64,000 bases of DNA from an uncultured delta proteobacterium (GTDB taxonomy: Bacteria > Desulfobacterota > Desulfobaccia > Desulfobaccales > 0-14-0-80-60-11): assembly GCA_963812015.1 (NCBI GenBank), contig CAWETI010000003.1, positions 1,152,001 to 1,216,000 of the forward strand, written 5' to 3'. A program made the position numbers and the translations under genes. Position 1 is the stretch's first letter; each line of letters starts with the position of its first letter. Positions 41,310 to 51,428 of the stretch are shown piece after piece. The notes beneath the pieces were generated by a model. The model saw nothing but the letters and a program-made list of their open reading frames with translations, did not search any database and was not told the origin of the DNA.

Positions 41310-42818
41310 TTGAGCAATTACCGTACGTTCATCAAGAATAATTTAATTGTTCTATCTGGACATTTGCTGATTTACGCCCAGGGCGTTATTCTAATGCCTA
41401 TTATCATAAAAACTATAGGAATAAAAGTTTATGGTGGTTATAGTATCTTGATTACTAGTGTCGGCTTTCTGATGGCCATTGCTTCTTTCGGAGTTGGCTT
41501 TCGACGAAATAGATTTCTTCCCTCAGCTCAGGACGCACAAGAGCGTCGAGATCTATTTTATCCGCCATTTTATATTAATTTAGCATGTCTCATGCTATTA
41601 TCATTAGGATTAATCATTTCGTACCCAATTTTGGATAGATTATTCTTTAAAGGAGATTTATTATTTTTAATATGGCTTGTCGTTCCATATTATTTATTTA
41701 ATTCACTCTATGGGCAAACCACAGGCTATTTTAGATATACTCATAGGATAAATTATTTTAATTATTCTACATTAGCCTATGCTTGTCTTAATATCACTAT
41801 GATTTTATTATTAAGTTCCTTAGCCTATAAATTGACACTAAACGTTCTATTCATTATTCAAATTTTTTCATCCATCTTAGTAGCACTCCCGTTGACCATC
41901 AAAATGATTCAAGAGATCGGTCTCAGATTTGCCATACCCAATATACAAGATCTATTCGATGATATTAAATTGGGTTTCCCTTTGGTCTTAGCTTATTTTG
42001 TTGATTTCATTCTTAATTCCAGTGATAAGTTTGTGATTACCGCCTATATATCGATAACTGCGGTGGGTTACTATAATGCAGCCTACGCATTGGGTTCTTT
42101 TATAATTGTAATCCCCACAATCTCAGGTGTGGTTTTGCCACCGCTTATCTCTAAGGCAGTTGATACGGGCAACGAAGTCGAAGCCCGCACCATGATCAAT
42201 TATACGGTAAAAGGGTTCTTACTGGTGGGAATTCCATTTGTAGTGGGAAGCGCGGTAATGAGTAGGCCATTATTAATGTTATTAACAAATGCTGAAGTCG
42301 CTAATAAAGCTTTTTTTATAACTCCAATAGTATCTTTAGGGATCATTTTTTATGGCCTATGTGTCATCCTGTCAAACGTACTGCTTGTAAGAATGAAAAC
42401 AGCGATAATATTTAAAATACATATTGTCTCGGCAATATTAAATATTAGTCTAAATTTATTAATAATTTACTTTATAAGAAACATATTAGTTGCAGCTATA
42501 ACAACATGTATAAGTTATCTCATATCATTTGTTATTATGAAATATGTGGTAGATAATGACTGGTTCATTGATTATGATCTTAAAGCAATTATGAAATCTA
42601 TTGTGGCCTCTTTATGCATGGGGACTCTCTTATTTTATATATCCTCATGCCTCGGAACTGGCACTCTTCCAATATCTTATGTTATGGGTGAAGTAATTGT
42701 TGGGATGATAATATATTGCCTGGCTATTTTGCTTTTTAGGACCTTTTCTTCCAAAGAGTTAATTTACCTGAAAAAACTTGTGGTTAACCTGGATTATGCC
42801 AGAGAAAAAGGTGGATAA
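41310..42818 (+). CDS. Wzx-family flippase, AT-rich, C-terminus altered by IS insertion
   Basis: Polytopic, SDKFVI, VGYYNAAY; last codons are supplied by the IS left end. Confidence 0.85.
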   Translation: MSNYRTFIKNNLIVLSGHLLIYAQGVILMPIIIKTIGIKVYGGYSILITSVGFLMAIASFGVGFRRNRFLPSAQDAQERRDLFYPPFYINLACLMLLSLGLIISYPILDRLFFKGDLLFLIWLVVPYYLFNSLYGQTTGYFRYTHRINYFNYSTLAYACLNITMILLLSSLAYKLTLNVLFIIQIFSSILVALPLTIKMIQEIGLRFAIPNIQDLFDDIKLGFPLVLAYFVDFILNSSDKFVITAYISITAVGYYNAAYALGSFIIVIPTISGVVLPPLISKAVDTGNEVEARTMINYTVKGFLLVGIPFVVGSAVMSRPLLMLLTNAEVANKAFFITPIVSLGIIFYGLCVILSNVLLVRMKTAIIFKIHIVSAILNISLNLLIIYFIRNILVAAITTCISYLISFVIMKYVVDNDWFIDYDLKAIMKSIVASLCMGTLLFYISSCLGTGTLPISYVMGEVIVGMIIYCLAILLFRTFSSKELIYLKKLVVNLDYAREKGG

Positions 42819-44409
42819 TAGTATAAGTATATGATATAAGGAAGATATGTTAGTAAATCGGGTGTCTAAAAATGCTCGATAGTGGTGGAAGCAGGAAAGA
42901 GGTGATTCCGCCGGATTTTAACCGAGCCATCAGGATAGATTGCTATGGCGCCAAGATCACCTCAGACGGTGGTTTTCTCCTGATGGGAGAGATAGATGAC
43001 CATTTCAAAATCATCGCCCCCATGGGAGATTGCTTGGAGGACCTAAGGTAACCTGCTCATACGAAAAATTCATTAGTCCAAATGATTCGTCAAAGGGTCT
43101 ACCTCATTGCCACCTGCTATGAAGATTTGTAACGATGCCGATTTTCTTCGTACAGACCCTGCCCTTAGGCTGGCTCCTGGCAAGGATCATCAGGCTGGGG
43201 TCGGCCAGCCCTTGCTGTCCATGCTGGGAGAATAACATCCTGGGGAACGAGGCTTGGCTGCAGGCCTTTGAGGATGCCCTGACCCGTTCCACGGGTACCC
43301 CGTTAAAGAAAAAGAACAAAAAGCGGCTGATTAGCGGCCTGGATTCCACTGAGGACCCGGCCCAAGGCAAGCAGGATTGGGTTGCCTTCAACGGCCATTT
43401 TGCCAAGAACTGGTTCCATCCGCTTTTTGGCTCTATCAGCGAGCGCGATTGTCTGAGGGCAATGCTGAGACCGGGGAACGTCCATTCCGCCGACGGCACT
43501 CTTCCACTTCACTACCTTGGTGGACCGTTACCGTCTCTGGTTTCAGCTCTTTTGGCTGCGTAGCGATGCTGCCTTTGCCAACCCGGAAACCTACGAGTAT
43601 TGCGAAGAACACCGTATGACGTATTTCATTCGGTTGCCGTCAAATAAAAACCTGGATAAACTGGTGGCGCCTCATTTCGGTAGTCCGGTCAGCCGACCGC
43701 CCCAGAGCGTATTCAGGTCAAGATCGTTGAGCTCCACTACTAGGCCAAGAGTTGGAGCCGGCCTCGGCGGGTAGTGGCCAAGATCGAGTGGCATCGGTGC
43801 GGGCTTTTCCCCAGGATCGGCTTTGTGATCACCAACTCCAGGCTACAAGGTGACCAAGATCTATAACGGCCGGGCCGAGATAGAAAACCGGATCAAGGAA
43901 GGGAAGAACAGCTTGCGGTGGGGCAAAACCAGTTGCCAAAGGTTCGAGCCCAACCAGGCGAGGCTACAGATGGGGGTTCTGGCCTACAAACTTCTGCATA
44001 TGATCCGGCAGTTCTATGTTTGGGGTGAAGAATTGAAACGGTCCATGGAGTGTCTAATCAAGCGATTAATCAAAGTGGGCGCCAGGGTTTCTTATCTTGC
44101 CCGGAGATGGTATGTGCATATAGCCTCTGCCTTTCCTCTGGCTTTCGACTACCGATCAGTACTGGCCTAGGGTTCTTAAGGTCCACTGCATTGAGGTATC
44201 CGGGTTCTAAGGGAGGGTATGCCCCAAAAATTCTGTAAAAATTACAAGGTTTGACTTATTGGTTGACAAATTAATGGAGATTTGTGCGATCAGCGTTGTC
44301 GTTTGACAATTTGAGTACACAATAGGAAACTTCTCGGGGTTAAGCTCGGGAGGAGAGTTTCCAAAAACCATTTTTTGACCGCGTGCCCGAAGTTGCCGCA
44401 TAATCTCGG
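42788..44409 (+). mobile_element. IS1380-family insertion sequence with degenerate transposase
   Basis: Ends CCTGGATTATGC and GCATAATCTCGG (10/12 inverted match); GTTAA direct repeat on both sides; fragments ITSDGG, DPALRLA, LDSTED, LRPGNVHSA, YNGRAEIENRIKEGK. Confidence 0.88.
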
Positions 44410-44429
44410 GTTAAAGGGGATACATAATT

Positions 44430-46343
44430 TTGGGAAGCGATAAGACCGTTCTGCTGGTGTGCCGTAGCATCAGCGAAATTTGCCTGCTTAAGGGGTTCCA
44501 GCCGCAACCTGACTGCCGTTATATTGTGGGCTCGGATGATTTAAGAGTGCATCTGGAGATTGGAAAATATTCTTGGGTAGCAGAGGTCTGTTATTTAGAA
44601 AAAATGGAATCTTTATTCGCGGTGGCGGCTGACGTGATTAAATATCTTGAATTGATCAATCAGTGGCTGGCCTCCCTCGGAAATAATCCTGAAGGAGTTC
44701 CCGAGGAACTGCTCTTCTGGCTTCGAGTTTGTGAAGGAGGTGTGACCACCCAACGGATACAAGATTTGCTGCTATTGATCCGCTCTTACGAATATCTGAT
44801 AGATACCTTTAATATTAGCTCTGTTATCATTTTGAGCCATCCTCAAAAAGAGTGGGAAGATGATGTATTAACCAAGGTAGGGCAAAGTAAGGGAGCGGAG
44901 GTTCGAATCATTGGACACCTCAGCCTCAGTATTTTGAAGGGAAAATTGCTCTCAATGATGAAATTACTTGCCAGAGAACCTTATTATATTTTGTCTATTC
45001 TGCGTGACAAGTTTTGGAGGGGCGTGAGATTTCATAAACCTCAAATTTCTGGTAAAGAAATAGTTATACAAATGTGCATTCCCCACGATAAATTTGTGGA
45101 ACATACTATCCTCTCAATGAAAGCGTTAAAAAACCAGGGTTATGATCCGGTGGCATTGCTTTGGAGGGCATCGAAGGCAGCGGTCAAATTCAAGCAGGAA
45201 GGACTTTGGGTTGAAAAGCTGGAAACTTTTGTCCCGATGACATGCATCTATGATGCCCCTTGGCGGGTATGGTTAACTTGGCGCCAGGCCAGGCTCCGGC
45301 GCCATGAGTTTTTGGCACATTCGGGGTTGCAATACCGCAACATCCCCCTGGGTCCCTTGTTATGGCCCTCCGTAGTCTCCTTTTTCTGGGAAGAATTGCC
45401 CCAGAGATACAGGCTCCGGCAAGCAGCCAAGCAATATTTCACCAGCCATTCCCCCCTAGCAATACGACTATGGGGCGGAGGAACCCTGGCAGAAGGGCGT
45501 ATTGTCTCAATAAGTTTAAATGATAAGCAACGGCCCCTGGTTTTTTTATGGTTGGGGGCTCTTATGGAAGATCCTTATTATGAGGTTCCGCCGACTGATC
45601 TTTTTTTAGTTGACGGGGATTACCAAGTTAACTACCTTAATGAACGTGGCATACCTGCCCAGCGCATAGTAACGGTGGGTTTATCCAGGTATGATTATCT
45701 TCCTACTTTCAGAAAAGAGTACAGTCCAAGTCAATCAAAAACATATCTGAACATTCCACAAGTTTATCAATATTATATTCTTTTTGATCCAAACTATACG
45801 CTAAGAGGTTATCTCACGCTACAAGAACAGTCCCTGGTCACTGAAGCGCTGTTAAGGTTTACCCGGGAACAATCGTCGCTCGCCTTGATGATCAAACCTC
45901 ACCCAGCCCATAGTCCCGGTTGGCTGGAGGAACTGGTTAAAGACTTTTCCTTGCCTAATGTGTATGTTATCGAAAAGGAAATGTTGCCTTACCACGCCTT
46001 AAATGCTGCAGATTTAGTTATCACCAAAGTTTCGACCCTGGCGCTGGATGCCATGTTGTTTGGAAAACCCGTAATTTCAATTCTCCTGGATGGCGAAGAG
46101 CGGTTTAGGGTATATGGTGACGCGGTGGAGCGGGCGAATAGTCTTGAGGCCTTAAATAAGATACTTACCATGATGATCAGTGATACCGGTAAGAGAGCGG
46201 ATTGGGTGAAAAATCAGCGTAAAAACCAGGAGTATTTTTTGAAGAATTATTTCGGAAATATTATTTTTGATTCGGCCAAGATGGGAGCTGAAGCTTTGGA
46301 TAAATTTATCAGTAATAATCAAGAGTTATCCAGCAAAATCTGA
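44430..46343 (+). CDS. Putative surface-carbohydrate glycosyltransferase (GT-B, HP motif)
   Basis: C-terminal VTVGLSRYD, IKPHP, ADLVITKVSTLALDAMLFGKPV. Confidence 0.7.
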   Translation: MGSDKTVLLVCRSISEICLLKGFQPQPDCRYIVGSDDLRVHLEIGKYSWVAEVCYLEKMESLFAVAADVIKYLELINQWLASLGNNPEGVPEELLFWLRVCEGGVTTQRIQDLLLLIRSYEYLIDTFNISSVIILSHPQKEWEDDVLTKVGQSKGAEVRIIGHLSLSILKGKLLSMMKLLAREPYYILSILRDKFWRGVRFHKPQISGKEIVIQMCIPHDKFVEHTILSMKALKNQGYDPVALLWRASKAAVKFKQEGLWVEKLETFVPMTCIYDAPWRVWLTWRQARLRRHEFLAHSGLQYRNIPLGPLLWPSVVSFFWEELPQRYRLRQAAKQYFTSHSPLAIRLWGGGTLAEGRIVSISLNDKQRPLVFLWLGALMEDPYYEVPPTDLFLVDGDYQVNYLNERGIPAQRIVTVGLSRYDYLPTFRKEYSPSQSKTYLNIPQVYQYYILFDPNYTLRGYLTLQEQSLVTEALLRFTREQSSLALMIKPHPAHSPGWLEELVKDFSLPNVYVIEKEMLPYHALNAADLVITKVSTLALDAMLFGKPVISILLDGEERFRVYGDAVERANSLEALNKILTMMISDTGKRADWVKNQRKNQEYFLKNYFGNIIFDSAKMGAEALDKFISNNQELSSKI

Positions 46344-46376
46344 TGGCTATTGGGCAAATTAGAATATATGATATAA

Positions 46377-46407
46377 AATAAGATTGTAATAAGATTGTAA
46401 TAAGATT
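46377..46407. repeat. 11-bp tandem repeat
   Basis: AATAAGATTGT x2 plus AATAAGATT. Confidence 0.7.
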
Positions 46408-46523
46408 AATTCCCCCTGTGTGAGTTGCTGGAGAGGCGACGGTTACGAGTTCAAATTGGCGATTTACCGGGTACTAAAAAGCTTTCACCTCGATTTTAAA
46501 GGTTTCTGGTTCTGTTTCTCATG

Positions 46524-46705
46524 TTTGGCCACGCCCAGGGCCGCCAAGTGGGAACGATTCGCTTGTACATAGGCCTTGGCACCGGTAAGTTCCTTGGCCT
46601 GGGATTGGGCTAACGTTGGCAGGACCCGTCGGGCAAGTAACCCGGGGTGGCCAAAGACCTGCACGATAAACCCGGAGCCAGCGTCCTGAACCGCGTGGCT
46701 TTTTT
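46524..46705 (+). ncRNA. Candidate structured leader RNA with terminator-like hairpin (unclassified)
   Basis: TTTGGCCAC/GTGGCCAAA closing stem, internal hairpins, then AGCCA..TGGCT followed by a T-run. Confidence 0.4.
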
Positions 46706-46779
46706 GTAGTCATAAAACCTCTTCTTCGGGGTCTTGCGGTAAAATATGGTGGTATTCTGTTATTTCTGAGGCTAGATTT

Positions 46780-47874
46780 ATGTATGACACCAATTTCTTC
46801 ATGAGTACGTTTAAGCTGAAAAAGGAAATCATCAGCCGGAAGGCAGCTTCCCGGGATTATGAGGAAATCTACCAGATTTTTAATCAGAACCTTACCCCTT
46901 CCCCCTTCGTTTTTAATATTGAGACCACCAACTTTTGCAACATGACGTGCATTATGTGTCAGCGAACTAATGAGCTAGAGCGCCCGCTGATGCACATGGA
47001 CATGCAGACCTTTAAGAATATCATAGAGCAATTAAAGCCTCGCACTTCTGATGATTACCAACGGTGGCAGAAATTCGTGCGGAAAAATTTGTTCGACAGC
47101 AGTGGCCCTTCGGAGAACAACTTTTATTATCAAGTTATTTCTAGGTCGATAACTTTGCACGGGTTCGGAGAGCCGCTGCTGGACCCCATGCTGCCAGAAC
47201 GGGTGGCCCTCATGACGCAGAGGCAAATTCCTTCTTATTTTTCCTGCAATCCCAATAACATCCGCCTCGATTTCATTAAGGAACTATTTCAGGCCAAAAT
47301 CGGCTATATAAAGTTCGCGATGGATAGTCTGGATGATGCCCGGGCTCGGGAAATTCGCGGCAGGAAGGCCGACTTTACCAGAGCCTATGAGCTGATCGAG
47401 GAGGTTCTAGAGCTTAAAAAAGCTGTGCGAGCCGAAACGGTCATTGTTATGACTATGCTAGATTTTATTGGCGCAAACGGTCTCGATTCGGAGCCGAAGC
47501 GGTTCATGGATTTGTGGCAGGGAAAAGACGTCTATGCCTATGTAAAGAGTCTGGATAATAGATGGCTTCTTAAGCGTAAAGGGGAACATGAGAAAGCCAA
47601 AGGGAAAGATAAAAGCCATTACGGCAAGCAATATTGTGAGTTCCCCTGGACCTCCATAACCATTCTCGCCGACGGCTCGGTGGTGCCCTGTACCCAGGAC
47701 ATCAATGGCCTCTGGACCTTTGGTAATGTGAATGAAAAACCTTTAGCCAATATTTGGCGAAGCCCCAAGTACCAGGAGTTCAGGCGAATGCATGTCATGG
47801 GAAATTTTTTCCCCGACTTCATGTGCCATTCCAAATGTGACCTGAACCTGGCTTGCTACTTTCTGGGAAAATGA
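46780..47874 (+). CDS. Radical SAM protein with SPASM/Twitch domain (paralogue 2)
   Basis: CNMTCIMC, LHGFGEPLLD, IPSYFSCNP, CEFPW..DGSVVPCTQD, CHSKC. Confidence 0.9.
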   Translation: MYDTNFFMSTFKLKKEIISRKAASRDYEEIYQIFNQNLTPSPFVFNIETTNFCNMTCIMCQRTNELERPLMHMDMQTFKNIIEQLKPRTSDDYQRWQKFVRKNLFDSSGPSENNFYYQVISRSITLHGFGEPLLDPMLPERVALMTQRQIPSYFSCNPNNIRLDFIKELFQAKIGYIKFAMDSLDDARAREIRGRKADFTRAYELIEEVLELKKAVRAETVIVMTMLDFIGANGLDSEPKRFMDLWQGKDVYAYVKSLDNRWLLKRKGEHEKAKGKDKSHYGKQYCEFPWTSITILADGSVVPCTQDINGLWTFGNVNEKPLANIWRSPKYQEFRRMHVMGNFFPDFMCHSKCDLNLACYFLGK

Positions 47875-48677
47875 TGGACCTTAAAGACACCTACTTCAGT
47901 CTGGAAGGAAAGGTCGTGGCATTGACCGGAGGCAGCGGCCTCATCGCCATGAGGGCAGTCAGACATCTCCCCCTTTACGGGGCCAGTCTAGTACTGGGAG
48001 TGCGAAACGTGGGCCGTTTTGAAGAGAAGCTCCGGGAGATTCACTATCCCCAAGAAACCTTCCGGCCCTCATGCTTTCATATGGACCTGGGAGAGCAAGC
48101 CACGGTGAAGAGTTTTTTCCACCAAGTAAAGGAGGAGTTCCAGCACCTGGACGTCCTTATCAACAACGCCTTTCCCAGGACCGAGGACTGGCTGGTCAAG
48201 TTCGAAGAGGTGGAGGCCGAGTCCTTATACAAGAACCTGTGTGATCATGCCGGCGGATACTTTTTATGCTGTCAGGAAGCGGCAAAAATTATGATGGAAC
48301 AAAAAACCGGGGTCATCCTGAACCTGGGATCAATCTACGGCGAAGTGGGGCCGCATTTTTCCATTTACGAGGGTACCAAGATGACCAGTCCTGCGGCCTA
48401 TTCCCTTATTAAGGGCGGCGTCCATGCCTTCACCCGTTATCTGGCCGCTTATCTCGGGCCCTACGGCATCCGGGTCAACTGCCTGAGCCCCGGTGGCATA
48501 AAAGATGAAAGCCAACAACCACCGACGTTTATTAAAAATTACATCCAGCAGACTCCCTTGGGCCGAATGGCCGACCCCGAAGACATGATTGGTCCCCTGA
48601 TCTTTCTCATTTCGGAAGCCTCCAGATACGTTACCGGACAGGTATTGTTTGCTGATGGGGGATGGACCTGCTGGTAA
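47871..48677 (+). CDS. PtmA-like SDR oxidoreductase
   Basis: TGGSGLI, LINNA, SIYG, YSLIKGG, DGGWT; ATGA overlap with radical SAM stop. Confidence 0.9.
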   Translation: MMDLKDTYFSLEGKVVALTGGSGLIAMRAVRHLPLYGASLVLGVRNVGRFEEKLREIHYPQETFRPSCFHMDLGEQATVKSFFHQVKEEFQHLDVLINNAFPRTEDWLVKFEEVEAESLYKNLCDHAGGYFLCCQEAAKIMMEQKTGVILNLGSIYGEVGPHFSIYEGTKMTSPAAYSLIKGGVHAFTRYLAAYLGPYGIRVNCLSPGGIKDESQQPPTFIKNYIQQTPLGRMADPEDMIGPLIFLISEASRYVTGQVLFADGGWTCW

Positions 48678-48722
48678 CCCGTCTCATTATCCTCTTGTTT
48701 AATACCCAGGCACGATAGAGAG

Positions 48723-49766
48723 ATGTACATGGGAAATCATATCGTCATTGCTGGCCGTTTAGTGGGAAATGAATACCCTCCCCTGGTTATTGCCGAAATT
48801 GGCATAAATCATGAGGGAAGTTTAGACAAAGCCGTCCGGATGGTAGAAGACGCCCATAGGGCCGGGTGCGAATGTGTCAAACTCCAGTGTCACATCTTGG
48901 ACGAAGAGATGATCGAAAACGATGTGGTTCCGGCCAATGCCAGTGAATCCATCTGGAATATGATGAACCGGTGTTCTCTTTCCGAAAAAGAAGAGGAAGG
49001 GCTCAAAGAGCTAGTGGAAACCAAGGGGATGATTTTTCTCAGCACCCCGTTTTCACGTGGCGCGGCTGATAGACTAAATAAAATGGGGGTTTCGGCTTTC
49101 AAGATCGGTTCCGGGGAGTGCAACAACTATCCTTTGATTCAACACATCGCGGATTTCGGCAAGCCGATAATTCTCAGCACGGGAATGAACGACCTCAGAT
49201 CCATTGCCGTGGCGGTGGATATTTTAGAGAGAAGTCGAATCTCTTACGCCCTGCTGCATTGCACTTCCTTATATCCGACGCCTTATGAAAAGGTCCGCTT
49301 AGGGGGCATGGTTGAACTGGCGCAGCGCTTCCCTCACGCAGTTATCGGCTTGAGTGACCACTCTTTGGGGAACTATACTTGTTTTGCTGCCGTGGCGATG
49401 GGCGCTGCCATAGTGGAAAAACATTTCACCTCCGAGCGGAACTGGCCAGGCCCCGACATTCCCATTTCCATTACCCCCGGGGAATTGGCGGATTTGGTGC
49501 GAGGCACTGCGGCCATTCACCGGGCTTTGGGAGGCAGCAAGGAAATTTTGGCGGAGGAGGGGCCCACTATCAAGTTTGCCTATGCATCGGTGGTCACTAT
49601 CAAGCCCGTCAAACAAGGGGAGCTGTTAACCGTGAATAATATTTGGGTAAAGCGACCCGGGACCGGAGAAATTTTAGCCCCGGATTTTTGTAAGGTGCTA
49701 GGACGCCGAGCCAGGTGCGACCTGCCGGTGAATATCCAAATAAAATACGAAGACGTGGACCTATGA
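48723..49766 (+). CDS. neuB: N-acylneuraminate (nonulosonate) synthase with SAF domain
   Basis: IAEIGINHEG, KIGSGECNNYPL, LHCTSLYP, GLSDHS, EKHFT, WVKRPGTG. Confidence 0.92.
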   Translation: MYMGNHIVIAGRLVGNEYPPLVIAEIGINHEGSLDKAVRMVEDAHRAGCECVKLQCHILDEEMIENDVVPANASESIWNMMNRCSLSEKEEEGLKELVETKGMIFLSTPFSRGAADRLNKMGVSAFKIGSGECNNYPLIQHIADFGKPIILSTGMNDLRSIAVAVDILERSRISYALLHCTSLYPTPYEKVRLGGMVELAQRFPHAVIGLSDHSLGNYTCFAAVAMGAAIVEKHFTSERNWPGPDIPISITPGELADLVRGTAAIHRALGGSKEILAEEGPTIKFAYASVVTIKPVKQGELLTVNNIWVKRPGTGEILAPDFCKVLGRRARCDLPVNIQIKYEDVDL

Positions 49767-50914
49767 AGCAGAAAACGATATGCGTTTATACCTGTAATCG
49801 CTCGGAATACAGCAGGCTAAAATCGGTCATGAAGGCTATTGAGGCTCACCTCGGCCTGGATCTGAAGATTGTGGTCGGTGGGTCACAGTTACTGGAACGA
49901 TACGGCATGACCGTAATTGATATCGAAAATGACGGGTTTGTCATCAATGAGAAAATTCAGAACGTGGTGGAAGGCTCAACGCCGGAGGCCATGGCCAAGT
50001 CCGCCGGTTTAGCCATCATAGAGCTTACCACCTGTTTTTCTCGGATCCAACCGGATGTTCTCCTGGTAGTCGGCGACCGGTATGACATGCTGCCCGCGGT
50101 GGTGGCAGCCTCTTTCTTGAATATTCCCATTGCACATATTCAGGGTGGGGAAAAAACCGGTTCCATAGATGAATCCATCCGGCATGTGGTGACCAAATTC
50201 GCGCATCTGCATTTCCCCGCAACCGAAAAAAGTAAAGACCTCATCATTCAAATGGACGAGAAGCCCCACAGGGTCTTTGTAACTGGCTGCCCCTCCATTG
50301 ATAACATCCTGCAAATAGCTTCCATGGACCGAAAAGTGCTCTTTGAGACTCCACCCATTCCTTCTAAATTGGAGCTCAGGTCCCCGTCGGCGGATCAAGA
50401 TTATATCCTGTTGATCCAGCATCCGAATACTACCGAATATGACCAGTGTTACGACCAGATGATCGCCACGCTGACGGCCATCCATAAAATAAGGCTCCAG
50501 ACCTTGTTGATTTACCCCAATCTAGATGCCGGGTCGGATAGGATGGTGGCCGCGATTCGCAGGTTTATGTTGAAACAGGAATGTGATTACCTTTTCTGTT
50601 TTAAACATGTCCCCATGGACACCTTCATTAATCTTTTACGTTATGCTTCATGTATTGTTGGCAATTCCAGCAGTGGAATTAGAGAATCATGCTATTTCGG
50701 CACGCCTTGTGTAAATATTGGCAGCAGACAAAATAAACGGGAACATGGGAGCAACGTTATCAATACGGGCCATGATTCTGATGAGATCTACCGGGCCATT
50801 AAGAAGCAACTAGAAATCAAGAGGTACCCTGTTGAACACATCTATGGTGATGGCAATGCCGGACCCTTGATTGCTGATATTCTTTACCGGACCGATATAA
50901 ATATTCAAAAATGA
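49763..50914 (+). CDS. neuC: Hydrolysing NDP-N-acetylglucosamine 2-epimerase
   Basis: RSEY, GDRYD, AHIQGGE, DESIRH, GNSSSG, YGDG. Confidence 0.9.
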   Translation: MKQKTICVYTCNRSEYSRLKSVMKAIEAHLGLDLKIVVGGSQLLERYGMTVIDIENDGFVINEKIQNVVEGSTPEAMAKSAGLAIIELTTCFSRIQPDVLLVVGDRYDMLPAVVAASFLNIPIAHIQGGEKTGSIDESIRHVVTKFAHLHFPATEKSKDLIIQMDEKPHRVFVTGCPSIDNILQIASMDRKVLFETPPIPSKLELRSPSADQDYILLIQHPNTTEYDQCYDQMIATLTAIHKIRLQTLLIYPNLDAGSDRMVAAIRRFMLKQECDYLFCFKHVPMDTFINLLRYASCIVGNSSSGIRESCYFGTPCVNIGSRQNKREHGSNVINTGHDSDEIYRAIKKQLEIKRYPVEHIYGDGNAGPLIADILYRTDINIQK

Positions 50915-50929
50915 CCAATGAGGCCACGG

Positions 50930-51193
50930 TATATGTATAGATATGGATTTGCAGGATATGTCAAAGCTGAGAAATGATACGATATCGTTATAAAGAAAGA
51001 TCAACCCCAGGATTTTTATCGGGCGATATTTGAGTGCGCCAGAAGTGAGGGGTTAGAATGCATTATTTCCTTATATGATATGGAATCAGTGGCTTTTCTT
51101 AAAGAGATGCAGGCGGCGGCCATTAAGATCCCTTCCTCCAATATCAATCTAGAACTATTGATTCAAGCGGCCTACAAAGATCTACTTGTTTAA
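50930..51193 (+). pseudogene. Internal fragment of a further NeuB-family gene
   Basis: *YDIVIKK..FYRAIFECARSEGLECIISLYDMESVAFL..AIKIPSSNIN; colinear with the central part of the 56838 NeuB. Confidence 0.6.
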
Positions 51194-51428
51194 TTTTGAT
51201 GATACCGTATTCTCTTATCTTCCCCTGGTCTATGCGAATGGATTCATCGCAAGAAATTTATTATTTACTATGATTGTTTTTTTACAGAAGCACCACAAAG
51301 AATGTTTTAGCCACACAGGGCGATGACCATGCCTTTGATGAAGTTGAGCTTAATCAGTTCCTTTACCTGGAGTCCCAGGCCCGCTATTATGCAAAAACGT
51401 CGAATGATTCTTTAAGTAATTGGAAACC

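Noticed and set aside
46524..46705. 6S RNA, SRP RNA, c-di-GMP riboswitch or HDV-like ribozyme
   Set aside because: The enclosed domain is about 130 nt, short for 6S, and the diagnostic motifs of the others are not recognisable by eye. Left unclassified.
37691..47874. Radical SAM/SPASM proteins as RiPP maturases
   Set aside because: No precursor peptide, RRE domain, protease or peptide exporter nearby; the context is entirely sugar biosynthesis.
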